A stretch of DNA of 63,447 nucleotides, filler included, from Octopus bimaculoides (lineage: Eukaryota): the NCBI RefSeq assembly GCF_001194135.2. It is 8 parts of 8 records of this genome, joined end to end, with 100 filler letters (N's around TTAATTAATTAA, not from the genome) between each part and the next. Parts side by side here need not be neighbours in the genome. Positions count along the whole stretch, not along the records: positions 13,572 to 22,965 come from NC_068987.1; positions 23,066 to 32,294 come from NC_068990.1; 6 more parts are not named here. One strand, given 5' to 3'. The notes under the pieces were generated by a model, which was given only the letters and a program-made list of their open reading frames with translations, had not been told where the DNA came from and did no database searches. The position numbers were made by a program, and so were the translations under genes. This document shows, in pieces, positions 13,930-27,019 of this stretch. Positions within the stretch are counted from its first letter, which is position 1; the number at the start of each line of letters is the position of its first letter.

Positions 13930-14638
13930 CTAGCGATACACAGTCTGTGTCCGTATATAGCATTTGCAAGGGAGGTCATATATATGTGTGTGTGTATGTA
14001 TGCGTGTGTGTATACTTCTATCTGTATATGCATTGTAAGTATGTGTATGTTTATGCATTTGAGTATATAAACGTGCATATATGGATGAAATTTTGCTGTT
14101 TAATAGGCTCATCGCACAGCATGGTTTAACTGCACTACGTGACCGATATGTACTTTTACCAGCACCCACTCTGTCGCAAATATACAAGCAAGAACTCGTT
14201 CCTCGAAAAGTTAACAAACCGTCAGCCTTTACACTTCTCTAATAGCACAAAGGAAACTCAATGCTCAATTTTCGCCATTTTCTCTATTATTAGTAAACAC
14301 ATTTTGAAACTAGAGCCCGGACATCGTCTCTTCTAACATGCAATCTGGAACGACTCCATGAGCAAATATCTCGGAAGAGTCCTTAAATGAGGTCATGCCA
14401 ATTTGCCTCCTGCCACCCCCGAAAAAGCTGACGATGATGAGCCCCACAAAAACACAAATACCACTTATATCAAGAATATATGTACGCTTAATCTCGTACT
14501 TGGACATGAGAAGTATTCATCTAGAGTCCCTAGGATTGGTCAGATGCAAATCCTCACAATCACTGATGATCCATTTTGATAAATTTCTATTTGCAGCCAT
14601 GACTTGGAACTGTTGAAAAAAGAGTTAACCATGTTGAT

Positions 14639-14667
14639 CTAACCCTAACCCTAACCCTAACCCTAAC
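14639..14667. repeat. Interstitial telomere-like (CTAACC)n/(TTAGGG)n, about 4.8 units
   Basis: ctaaccctaaccctaaccctaaccctaac read directly. Confidence 0.9.
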
Positions 14668-15621
14668 TGGTTTTGCAGGGTTAAGAGAAATCATATAAAT
14701 ACCTTTATGAATAAAAGAACAACTTATATGTTATCTAATGAGATAAGAACCGTTGGCCTTTTAACTGGTGGCATTTGGCTTCATAAAAAGCAATTTGTGA
14801 AACATAATTAACGAGGTGGGCTGGTTTCATAAAATGTAATTTGTAAAGCACAATTTAACAAAAGCTGAAAACTATTTTTTGAATGAAAAAAAAAATGTTC
14901 ATACGAGAAAATACTTTAAAAAATATTTTCTTTAATATCAGCATGTACATGTCATGATCAAATTTTTGTCTCACCTTTTTAAGGAAAATTACCAGACATT
15001 AGTAATGATGACTGTTCACTTTAATTCAGTTGAAGATGTTGCACTCGGAGTGTTATAACTTCATTAAAGTGAAAGACATACGAAAGCATATATTTGCAAT
15101 AAATATAGTGAAATGAATGTGGACTGAATATGAATTGTACACCTAGAAGCAAACGGATTTAGATACAATTAATTATCTCTGTGTATTTCAGTTGATTCTG
15201 CTATTGTATTTAGATTCAGTGAGTTTGATATCACAATAAGGTTTTATTCCCAGCTAATTCATCGCGTGTCAGATACCTTTCCCTTTCATGGACAGCATAA
15301 AAATAAATCGTTAAATTATTCTCTTAATGCTTAAGAAAGTTACCTAGAAATTTTGTCGAAATAAGATTTATATTTTTGCAACTAAAACTATTAAACACAG
15401 TTAACTTTGAATATGGAAACCAACTGTTATCACGACTAGCGAAACACAAAGGAAACTTAAACTAACATTATCATTTAAATCAGTTATATTTTCGATACAG
15501 CTCATTTATACTCGTTTGCTTTTATAAAATCATTTCAATTTTCAATAAATACCTGTTGCTTTAGAGGGCATATTTTCAAAATATCTTCCGTTTCCAAAAA
15601 GAAAATAATGATAGATTTTAA

Positions 15622-15918
15622 CATGGCTTTGTGGCTAAGGTATTCGACTCACGATCGTAAGGGCGTATGCTCGATTCCCAGCAGCGCATTGTGTCCTTGA
15701 TTAAGATACTTTATTTCACATTAGTCCAGTCTACTCAGCTGGCAAAAATGAGTTGTATCTGTATTTCAAAGGACCTGCCTTTTTACACTGTGTGACATTG
15801 AATCTCCCTGAGAACGTGTTTGTAGAATGCTCAACCACTTGCACATTAATTATATGAGCGGGCTGTTCCGTTGATTGGATGAACTGGAACCCCCGTCGTT
15901 GTAACCGACGGAATGCCA
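15622..15918 (+). mobile_element. tRNA-derived SINE, family B (near full length)
   Basis: A-box-like 'tggctttgtggctaagg', B-box-like 'gctcgattccc', core 'gtgtccttga..aagatactttatttcac' and tail 'gtaaccgacggaatgcca'. Confidence 0.75.
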
Positions 15919-16825
15919 GAAGATAATTTCCAGTTCGACAAGTATGTGAAGTATATGACTGAACATCCCTAACAAAGACAACCCTAAAAAACTAAATCTC
16001 ATATGGAAATCATCTGATTGGCTAATCAGGGTAATTTTAGATGACTGATTCAGCTTATATGATTGTTACTCTTTGTTGTTGCCTAACAGCCGTCATTTCT
16101 ACAAGAGTAATTTGTAGCATCGTCGTGTCCGATATACCACGCTTTACCTGATCAGATTTTTTCCTGGCCCTTGAAAATCTCAACTTTACTATGAACATAT
16201 GCTACAGTTCAGAAATTTTGAGATGAGGTATTGTTAAAGTAACTCAACCCGCCTGTTAATAGTTAAATCTGTTTTAGAAGTAAAATGGTTTTGAGTTCTA
16301 AATTAATCAAAATTTTAAGACGAGTTATAGTTACAGTACGTTAATCTTTGGCATTTATTAAACTTGTTTGTCTTAAATGTTAAAAAAGGTTTTGGGTTCT
16401 AACTTAGTCTATAAATGAATTCATTGTAGCATTTAGTATAGAATAATGTGTGTGAACAAGGAAAACATTAAATATGGATTTAATAGATCTGAAAATTTTA
16501 AAGTCTGAAATGCTGACTATTGCTCTTTTATTTCAAGTCATGTCAGTTATTATTGAGTAGACACATATTCAAAAGCATTTCAGATGTAATCATCCTATCT
16601 TTTTCAAACTGCAGCCTCTCCAGGACTACATTGTCGACTGTGAGCGACTTTTGGCCTTTATATCGAGCAGATGTTTTAAAAAAATCAAAGCTATATCTGT
16701 TTCATTCTCTCAACCCATGAAACACTTTGAATTCAGCATCCCTAGCTAATGAAACACGTATAATTACAAAGTTCTCTCGTTGGTTTCCTCGGAGAGCTAC
16801 TATACTTATGCACGCAAGCATGTGT

Positions 16826-16960
16826 GAGGTGGTACTGGAAAGTTCCTGGATTTGGGTAAAAGAAAATATAGGAAGATCAGTTAATTATGATTTTATTCAA
16901 CATATTCCCTTTTCAGATTCACACACTTATTGCAGCGGCCCTTCAATTTTTTTCAGTCCT
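16826..16960 (+). mobile_element. Mariner-like terminal fragment
   Basis: 'gaggtggtactggaaagttcctgg...tttattcaacatattccc..cacacttattgcagcgg' resembles mariner 5' ends. No partner TIR is seen because a gap follows. Confidence 0.35.
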
Positions 16961-16971
16961 ATAAAAACTGA

Positions 16972-17008
<37 letters not shown>

Positions 17009-17613
17009 AATACANNNNNNNNNNNNNNNNNNNNNNNNNNNNNNNNNNNNNNNNNNNNNNNNNNNNNNNNNNNNNNNNNNNNNNNNNNNNNNNNNNNNNN
17101 NNNNNNNNNNNNNNNNNNNNNNNNNNNNNNNNNNNNNNNNNNNNNNNNNNNNNNNNNNNNNNNNNNNNNNNNNNNNNNNNNNNNNNNNNNNNNNNNNNNN
17201 NNNNNNNNNNNNNNNNNNNNNNNNNNNNNNNNNNNNNNNNNNNNNNNNNNNNNNNNNNNNNNNNNNNNNNNNNNNNNNNNNNNNNNNNNNNNNNNNNNNN
17301 NNNNNNNNNNNNNNNNNNNNNNNNNNNNNNNNNNNNNNNNNNNNNNNNNNNNNNNNNNNNNNNNNNNNNNNNNNNNNNNNNNNNNNNNNNNNNNNNNNNN
17401 NNNNNNNNNNNNNNNNNNNNNNNNNNNNNNNNNNNNNNNNNNNNNNNNNNNNNNNNNNNNNNNNNNNNNNNNNNNNNNNNNNNNNNNNNNNNNNNNNNNN
17501 NNNNNNNNNNNNNNNNAAACATCGAATTATGGAAGTAGAAAAATTATCAGAAAAACCATTTCTATTTGTTTTTTCAAATATATAATGTACCAAAGACTTA
17601 CTATTTCTAATTC

Positions 17614-17670
<57 letters not shown>

Positions 17671-20600
17671 CAAGCAAACGTGTTGGAAAACAATTTACAA
17701 TTGAAATGATGATGTCTACCTTGACACTTTTCATTTCGTAATGTTTCATATGCTTCAAATTTCATAAAACTTTTCCATCTTTTTCAGTAATATTGCATGA
17801 TGAAATATTTTGCAGAAAATATCGATAAGTTCTGATAATCAACTCGGCCGTTGCAACGGCACTGCTTTTTGCTTTTTTCTATAGCTTGAAATATTACATA
17901 CCATTATTATTTTCAAAATTTATGTCTTGAGTTAATCTATTGACTGATAGTATCAATGAATGGAGACATAAAACTATAAAAAGACCGTGGTTCAATAAGC
18001 AACAAGAACTTAGAGTAAGGAATATTAATATTTTGTTTTTCTCCCATAGTAGACAGCATTCTTAGAGTCCAAATAGGTTAGGCATTAAACATTGATTTCG
18101 TCTTCTGTTGCCTTGAACAAAGCCATTTTGTAAGTGGAAATGAGATCTAGTGGATTTTATCGACTATATTATATTTGCTTTTTTGCAGTCTAGTAAAATT
18201 TATATCTGATGCGATTTGAACATAGAATCTAGAAGCATGAAACATGAAAATGTGAAGGGCCTAGTGGAGCTCTTTTCTAAAAGAGTCAGAAAATAGGAAT
18301 CGGAAACCGGCATTTTCTGGGTGATAGCTGAGGCCACAAAACGTGTGAAGCGAAAGCGATACATAGAAATTAAAGCCATAAAAATATTTGAAGTGTGTGT
18401 CATAAGAAGTTTGAAAATGTCTAATTAACATCATATATATTCGATTTGGCTTCGTGCTGTTGCAATACAACATTATTCATTTCAAGATTTTAAAATGCAA
18501 AATAGATCAGTTACTATTTTTGGTTAGTAGTAATCACTGTGGCGGTTAAAACCTTATGAACGCTTCAAATTATTATGGTAATAATAATTATTGCGGAACT
18601 TGGTATTGCTAAGTAGAAGAAATAGATTACTTCACTAATTAGTATCAAGCTGACATTTACACTAGGTATGAGAGCAGAAATACACAGGAAATTACCAGTA
18701 TCTGGAAATCTTCATTGGAGGCCAGGCCAGAAAGAGTAGAACAAAGTTTTTGAAAAGCTGTTCGAGTAAGTTCAACTGACTGTCTAGAGTAGCATTTCAC
18801 AATAGGAGTTTTTCCGAATCCTACAGATATTACAGTCATAGTGACTTTCATTCATTCATTGATTCATCATACGACGCCACTCTACTGATGTGTAAATTTC
18901 AATAGAAGAGCCTTGTTTCAAGGTTAGAATGCGGTGTTTTCGTTCATTGGCGAGAAACTCGAGAAATGAAAGCATACGTCTGAAGTTTTATAAGGAGAAA
19001 TTATTATTATACACTGATACATTTGGATTAGAATCTTCATCTTAGTTATTATAGCTATATTTTGGTCCTTGTACTTTTGCAGATTGGTGTCTGCCGTGTT
19101 TGGCAACATTTTCGGAATATCAAACCGAAACATTATTCAATCCAGGTGGGGTTGATTGTTCTCATTATGCTATCGGTGCACCGATATTCCCCACTTTATA
19201 AATTTGTATCAGTCGCAACTTAATATCATGTCTAGTTACACTGATCGCATATTACAGTGATATTTGTTTATCTTTGCTAAATTTAGAAGTTTTATATGGT
19301 AGTAAAAATGGAATGAGAAGCAATGATATTTATGCTTCACCAACAATGTATAATATATATATATAATGTACAACTATCAAAATTTATTGGAAAGCAAGTC
19401 ATAGTTTCTTTTTTTCTGGAATTGTATCTACTTCACTGGATTTTTAATAATAGATGCAAATTTAGGTAGCGGACAGATTCGAGTTAAACAATTTAGTAAG
19501 TTAACAGTTCTGATATCGGAAAAACAAACTCAAAAATAGAACAGTGAATACTGCAAGGCATTTTGTTCAACGTTCTACTGAAACTCTCGCTCAAGTATCT
19601 TTGATGTATCATTAATATAGAATACAAATATGAGCCTGTAACTGTTATATAAAAAGATCGAATTAAATGTGTCATAGGATTTAAGATATTTTTCCTGAGA
19701 ATATTTGTCATGACTAGAAACATTTCCTGTATCTTGTACTATTTGAAAATTAATAATGAAATTATTTCCAGAGAAAAATCAGGTCAAACAACTTTTTGAA
19801 GTAACTAATTCAATATCTTCTCAAATAATACAAGACTCAAATGTATCGTTATATTTTTATCGTATTCTATATTGAGTATAAACGCTGCAGTTATCCCAGT
19901 TCATAAGATTGTCGTACCGCCAACTGAAGGAGGCATAGTTCGTATTTCGTCAATGGTGCGCAATTATTTCGATACATATAGTTATCACCTGTTCTTCGTT
20001 GCCATCACACTGTTGAATCTGTGCTTTACTATTATAATTTCGAGTTACTTCGAGTCTTTTCTTTCTTTCTTTCTTCCTCCCCCTCTTGCTATCGAGATCT
20101 ATTTATTTTCTCTCTGTTTCTCGGGCATTCTCTCTTTTCCTGTCTATCGAGCTCTGTTTAGTAATAGATTTGGTTAATGTAGAGCTACTGTTGACCATGT
20201 TAATAAGTGCACCAGTTAGTAATTGACATATAAACTATTTTTATTGATTTAAGAAGAAAGTAAAATGTGTGTGGATAGGAATTCAAATTTCGGCCTTTTA
20301 TGCAACAATTTCCTATGAATGATTTTCCATCACTAATGCTACAGAAAAGAAGGTTTGCATAAACGCACAAACATATTTGGGTCTGGCAAAAAATTTAAGT
20401 TTTGTTCGAATCAAATTGATTCCATCGTATCTGCAGGGTCTCCGGAATTATTAAATCACCCTGATTGTTAATGGTCATGTTGCATCAACAAAAATTCACT
20501 TCGCACGGAGAGCAACAAACGCATCAAATAGTAAGTTTCTTTTTGTCAAGGAGACTGAAACAGGCGGAGGTGGCTACTTTTGGTGTGTCCACTTGAAGAT

Positions 20601-21384
20601 GAAGGCTTCAAGCATTGGTTGAAGAGCAAGAAATGGAGAACAGATACNNNNNNNNNNNNNNNNNNNNNNNNNNNNNNNNNNNNNNNNNNNNNNNNNNNNN
20701 NNNNNNNNNNNNNNNNNNNNNNNNNNNNNNNNNNNNNNNNNNNNNNNNNNNNNNNNNNNNNNNNNNNNNNNNNNNNNNNNNNNNNNNNNNNNNNNNNNNN
20801 NNNNNNNNNNNNNNNNNNNNNNNNNNNNNNNNNNNNNNNNNNNNNNNNNNNNNNNNNNNNNNNNNNNNNNNNNNNNNNNNNNNNNNNNNNNNNNNNNNNN
20901 NNNNNNNNNNNNNNNNNNNNNNNNNNNNNNNNNNNNNNNNNNNNNNNNNNNNNNNNNNNNNNNNNNNNNNNNNNNNNNNNNNNNNNNNNNNNNNNNNNNN
21001 NNNNNNNNNNNNNNNNNNNNNNNNNNNNNNNNNNNNNNNNNNNNNNNNNNNNNNNNNNNNNNNNNNNNNNNNNNNNNNNNNNNNNNNNNNNNNNNNNNNN
21101 NNNNNNNNNNNNNNNNNNNNNNNNNNNNNNNNNNNNNNNNNNNNNNNNNNNNNNNNNNNNNNNNGGTGGTGGTTACGGTGGTAAAAATGTAACAGTCGCG
21201 CACGTACATCCTTGTTACTATGAAAACAGGGTAGATTACAATGGAAAGAGACACCAATGTGAGATTCATGGTCATGTGAATAACGGTAATTTTCGATTGG
21301 TTAAAATTACCAAACATTTGCAAACTTTCAAAGTTATTAAATATTTACTCATTAATTTATGGCAAAAATGAAAAAAATCTTCTG

Positions 21385-21449
<65 letters not shown>

Positions 21450-21699
21450 TTAGGATGTTCGTGTTAATTTTGATGCATTTTGACTCTTTTTTCTGGAACG
21501 ACTTGACGTTTTTAGCAAACAGTTAACGGTGTTGGAGAGAATTAAGATTAAAGCTGTAGTTGAGAAAAAATTAGGTGTTAGGTGTCATGGAGGACAGGAA
21601 GCCATGAAAATATTGGAAAAGTGTTACCCTTGTCCTGCTAGTTTGCACTGGATACCAAAATACCAACATCATAACTGCTGCTCAAAGCTCTTTGAACAT

Positions 21700-22185
21700 T
21701 GTAAAGGCGGCCGTAAGACCTATCATGAAAACCAAGTTCCTCCAGATTGTAATGGTCTTTGAGTGTGTCTCCAGGTCACGCCACCCACATCTTTGAACAG
21801 GGCCTTGAGCTTAATTCAGACGGTTATTTGAAACTGTTGGAAACTGTGGTCAAAACCTTGCTGGAGAGGGTTGCAACTAGAAGGTACCATAGTTTCCTGC
21901 CATACCTCATGAAAGAGTCAGATGTGGTTCTTGGAGAATTTTTGCGACTTCACCAGCTACAATTTCTGGCCTTCCATTTCCTCCGATTTTAATCCCAAGG
22001 GTTACTACGTGTGGGTCGCAGTAGAGAAAGACACCAAATGCTTTGCTTACAACACTGAGGCTAAGCTAGTGGCCAAGAGAAAGGAGTTGTTCGAAGATCT
22101 TAACAGTGAGGAACGCATGCGCCTGTTCCAGAGCCGTCTTCAAGCCGTGATGGAAACTGTTATCTCTCAGCCACAAACTAGCTGA
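21700..22185 (+). mobile_element. Tc1/mariner-superfamily transposase relic (DDxD, maT/mori-like)
   Basis: ORF pieces HIFEQGLELNSDGYLKLLETVVK and WFLENFCDFTSYNFWPSISSDFNPKGYYVWVAVEKD...FQSRLQAV match the WP..SPD.NP.DY.VW motif region. Confidence 0.75.
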
Positions 22186-23065
22186 TATCTTTTGATTTTT
22201 TAAAATACTTTATTTCTGGGTGGCATATTATGTTGGATACGATATTTGTAATCACAAATGCCTAAATTTGAATAGATGTATTAAAAACAAAAACAGCAAA
22301 CAAAACACCTGAGAAAATTGTTTCATAATCTATCGTATTCATGTTTTAAAATGCTACATATAATTGAAAATACTAAACAACTGAATAGAAGCTTGTTATG
22401 CATTCAAAATAATTCTAAGCAGTATTTCAAGGAACACATTCATTTATGTATGAGCAATTTTACATGCATGAAAAATTTTCAATTTTTTGAATGCCAAAAA
22501 GATTCCCGTCTGTGATGTTTTCAAATATCAATACTCAAGTGGAAATAATTTTTGTCTTTCTCTTTTGTGTAATTTCGAAAAACCTTTAAGCAAAAAGAAT
22601 TTTCACCCTTTTAGTTATCACGGGATAGAATTCTGTAATATCGCTACATATACAAACAGAACTACTGCTCTCCGGGTGGTTTTGTCGTTATCGATATAGG
22701 TATATGCAAACGCATATATGCTCCCTTCCACCACCACACACGAACACACGAACGTATATGCGGCTGAGGCTATCAGTTGTAAATTAGATTTCGCATCCAT
22801 TTTAGATGTTTATTCTTATTCTTCTCAAAGGTATTCTCTCTCGTTTTCAAGACTAACGGATACCCTCTATATATCTATATATATAATGCGTGCATACACA
22901 GACATATACATATGTGTGTGTGTGTGTGTGTGTGTGTGCGCGTATGTATACATATATATATATATNNNNNNNNNNNNNNNNNNNNNNNNNNNNNNNNNNN
23001 NNNNNNNNNTTAATTAATTAANNNNNNNNNNNNNNNNNNNNNNNNNNNNNNNNNNNNNNNNNNNN

Positions 23066-23095
<30 letters not shown>

Positions 23096-23099
<4 letters not shown>

Positions 23100-23305
23100 T
23101 GGTTGTTGACAACTTAATATGGCAGTCCCAGGAAAGGGGAAAATGCTACTGCTATTTAGCCCCAAGAAACACCGTTTCCAGCTGGTCATATGTCACAAGC
23201 GTTGTGTCACATGACCAGCTGGAAACGGTGTTTCCTGGGACTAAATAGCAGTAGCATTTTTCTCTTTCCTGGAACTGCCACTTTAAGTTGGTAAGACACC
23301 ATCAC
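23096..23305. repeat. About 210-bp imperfect palindrome (fold-back or MITE-like)
   Basis: Arms at 23096-23189 and 23211-23305 are reverse complements (about 85% by eye). An inner cacaa-gcg-ttgtg hairpin continues the stem. Confidence 0.9.
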
Positions 23306-24540
23306 TTTATCGTGCTGCTACTGTATAAATCTCTCTGAGAGATTTAGAAATGTAAAACTTGTAATATATATATATATATAATCATGTTTTATTATGTCGG
23401 CTACAGCCTAATCATCCCCACCCGCAATAGCAGTTTAATGGGGTTTTACAGAGTTGTATCGATATATTGAAGGATAAATATAGTAATAGTAAGAATAATA
23501 ATTCATGGATGGAACTTACATACATTTTAATGCATCGCTACACGCATTTTCACAAATCACATGTTTCATCCGTATTACTGGTTTGGTTACAGGACACTGC
23601 GTAGTGTCTATGGACATCGGGTAGATCATAGTTCATGCGTTCATTTCTTTCGACGATATGGCATTAAAGGTGGAAGCAACGAATGTATTGGAAGGGAGGA
23701 ATTGAAGGTGATGGAAAGAGAAATTCCCTTCTGTTTGGTATAGTAATATTTTTCAGTGATACATCCAAATTTATTATTTTTATCCTGGAGTGTTTGNNNN
23801 NNNNNNNNNNNNNNNNNNNNNNNNNNNNNNNNNNNNNNNNNNNNNNNNNNNNNNNNNNNNNNNNNNNNNNNNNNNNNNNNNNNNNNNNNNNNNNNNNNNN
23901 NNNNNNNNNNNNNNNNNNNNNNNNNNNNNNNNNNNNNNNNNNNNNNNNNNNNNNNNNNNNNNNNNNNNNNNNNNNNNNNNNNNNNNNNNNNNNNNNNNNN
24001 NNNNNNNNNNNNNNNNNNNNNNNNNNNNNNNNNNNNNNNNNNNNNNNNNNNNNNNNNNNNNNNNNNNNNNNNNNNNNNNNNNNNNNNNNNNNNNNNNNNN
24101 NNNNNNNNNNNNNNNNNNNNNNNNNNNNNNNNNNNNNNNNNNNNNNNNNNNNNNNNNNNNNNNNNNNNNNNNNNNNNNNNNNNNNNNNNNNNNNNNNNNN
24201 NNNNNNNNNNNNNNNNNNNNNNNNNNNNNNNNNNNNNNNNNNNNNNNNNNNNNNNNNNNNNNNNNNNNNNNNNNNNNNNNNNNNNNNNNNNNNNNNNNNN
24301 NNNNNNNNNNNNNNNNNNNNNNNNNNNNNNNNNNNNNNNNNNNNNNNNNNNNNNNNNNNNNNNNNNNNNNNNNNNNNNNNNNNNNNNNNNNNNNNNNNNN
24401 NNNNNNNNNNNNNNNNNNNNNNNNNNNNNNNNNNNNNNNNNNNNNNNNNNNNNNNNNNNNNNNNNNNNNNNNNNNNNNNNNNNNNNNNNNNNNNNNNNNN
24501 NNNNNNNNNATATATATATATATATATATATATACATACA

Positions 24541-24692
24541 TACGACGGACTTCTTTCAGTTTCCCTCTACCAAATCCACTCACAAGGATTTGGTCGGCCC
24601 GAGGCTATTGTGGAAGGCACTTGCCTAAGGTGCCATGCACTGGAACTGAATCCAAACCACATAGTTAGGAAGCAAGCTTCTTAACCACACAA
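24541..24692 (-). mobile_element. tRNA-derived SINE, family C
   Basis: Reverse complement of the well-preserved copy at 55350-55510 (tttcagtttcc.tctaccaaatccactcacaagg..ttggtcggcccgaggct). Confidence 0.85.
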
Positions 24693-25187
24693 TCAACGTG
24701 CAATTGTATTTTATAAATTTTACTTTATAATGCATATGTTTCCAGTATAACACCATCTATGCAAATCGGATTTACCGATTCTACGTAGCTGACAGATTCG
24801 GTGGTTATAAGTTACAATTAACTATACATATTTCAATGGTCAGTGAAAATGTATACATTACGTGGCCTCTGATGAAGATTTTAAATAGGCTTGAACCAGG
24901 TCAAGTCGAGCTCACGAAAGATTAGTAAGAATACTTTCTTCATAATATTTGGCGAGTATTCTGTTACAGCTAAAAAAAGAATTAGAGATTTAGTTAGAAT
25001 GTGAGGCATACTTGCGATGCATTTCAAAATGTGTGTTGAGTGGGGTTTATTTATGCATATATAAATATGTATACGTTAAATATATTTTCATATATGTATG
25101 TGTGTATCTGTGTGCAAGTAACTATGTGCGTGTGTATGTGGTTTATGTTTGTATGAGTCTGTCTGTCTGTCTGTCTCTGTGTGTGTA

Positions 25188-25219
<32 letters not shown>

Positions 25220-25949
25220 TGTGGCGGGCTTGTATATATGTGAGTGCACGGGTGCGGAGACACACTTATATTTCAATTTATAAAAATAATTTTCCCACAT
25301 AAGTTATATTAGAATTTATAATTGCAAAACAATGTTTTCCCAGAAGTATTCTAGCAAGTTGTCAAACTTGCAATTTTCTCATTCGGGAAATGAAGGAAAA
25401 GAAAAGTTAGAAATTCCTTTATTTGAACATGTTTCGAAATTAAAATTTAACTTTTACAAGCGTTTTTACATATATGTAGGTTTGCATACCAGTTTTAAAG
25501 TGTATTGTATTTCACAAAATCTATATTTAGTATTCTGCCCCAGCATGGCCTTGAGACAAGTGCGTACAGTTGACACTGACGTTCTGACATAAAATGCTTT
25601 AAAATGTGAGTCTTGTTTGCACAGAAGCTACGAAATATACCACAAATCCTTGTACGTGACATGAATGCGTGTGAAAGCGTCGAAATATATAATTCAATTT
25701 TCGTAAGATAGTTGATGATTTTCGAGCGGAATTAATGTCTTGAGAATAAATTCCATGTTGCAAATCACATGATATTATAGCTGATATAAGATTTTAGGAA
25801 TTATGTGTAACTGTGATTATAAGATACTTTGGTATTATGGCGTGATTGTCCTCACAAAAAGTGTTGTTAATTCGCACTAAGTTTGATTGAGCATATGCAC
25901 ACACACATACACAGCCACACGTATGACTGCATGTATGTATTTATGTATA

Positions 25950-26018
<69 letters not shown>

Positions 26019-26057
26019 GCGTATATATGTGCTTATATATATATATATATACACACA

Positions 26058-26093
<36 letters not shown>

Positions 26094-26835
26094 TGTATGT
26101 ATTACACATTACACATGCAGACACATCTTTATAGCTTATGTTCATACATGGAGACATACATACATATGTGATTTTTGGGACTAATGGATATATATCGATT
26201 AGCACGTGAAGCCGCTCATAACCAAAATTCAGTGATCGAAATCAGCATACCTAGGACAACCCAGTATATCTAGCGGGACAACCACTTCTTTATGTATGTA
26301 CTTGATGTGACACAAACTACACATATTGATAGAGCACAATTAGATGCACAATTTCGTACACATAACAATCAACTGCAGGATGGGTCAAAATTATCGCCGT
26401 ACCGAATAAAGATTAGTGCTAAATATATATTCCGTTTCCTTCATCAATTACTACATATATATATATGGATCAAAACAGTGATTCAAAATGGCTGAAGTGT
26501 AGAATGGCGCTTGAAACTCGGAGTACCAACAAATTTGCATCAAATTGTTTTGATCCATACATGTACCTCCCAATAAATTTGTTGAGTATCCTTCTTTCGT
26601 TTGTCCAGTGGAGTTCTTGACAAACTCAACTGTCAGTTAAATACATTTTGAAATCTCATGGTTATTACGAACCTATGAAAGCGCTAATTGAATTTTATGA
26701 ACACTACAAAATATCTTTTTTAAGGTTTAACACACTTCAACATTGTAAAATTCTTTTTAATACAATAAAAAAACAAGGAAATCAGACCATGTTGCAACTT
26801 TATTCAAGTGATATAATATGCATCACTGTACGATT

Positions 26836-26974
26836 AAAGGTTTGCTGCCCAACCACGTAGCTCAGCGTTCAGTCTCACTACATAGTACCTAGCCCTGGTG
26901 TCACCTAGTATAGTCCCGGACCGACCAAGGCCTTGTGAGTGGAATGGGTAGCAGGATACTCAAGGAATCTCATA

Positions 26975-26975
<1 letters not shown>
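26836..26975 (+). mobile_element. tRNA-derived SINE, family C (degenerate)
   Basis: 'cccaaccac...ttcagtc.cact...ccgaccaaggccttgtgagtgga' is followed by (TA)n. Confidence 0.7.

Positions 26976-27019
<44 letters not shown>

Noticed and set aside
15622-15680. tRNA-like sequences at SINE heads
   Set aside because: They do not complete a cloverleaf and continue into SINE bodies, so they are not tRNA genes.
18657-18851. Minus ORF with KCYS and a hydrophobic C-terminus
   Set aside because: It lacks the LU cysteine pattern and has a poor splice acceptor.
26474-26620. Frame WLKCRMALETRSTNKFASNCFDPY resembling Ly6 'C.DP'
   Set aside because: There is no C-x-x-C, no convincing splice sites, and the frame runs on to a stop.
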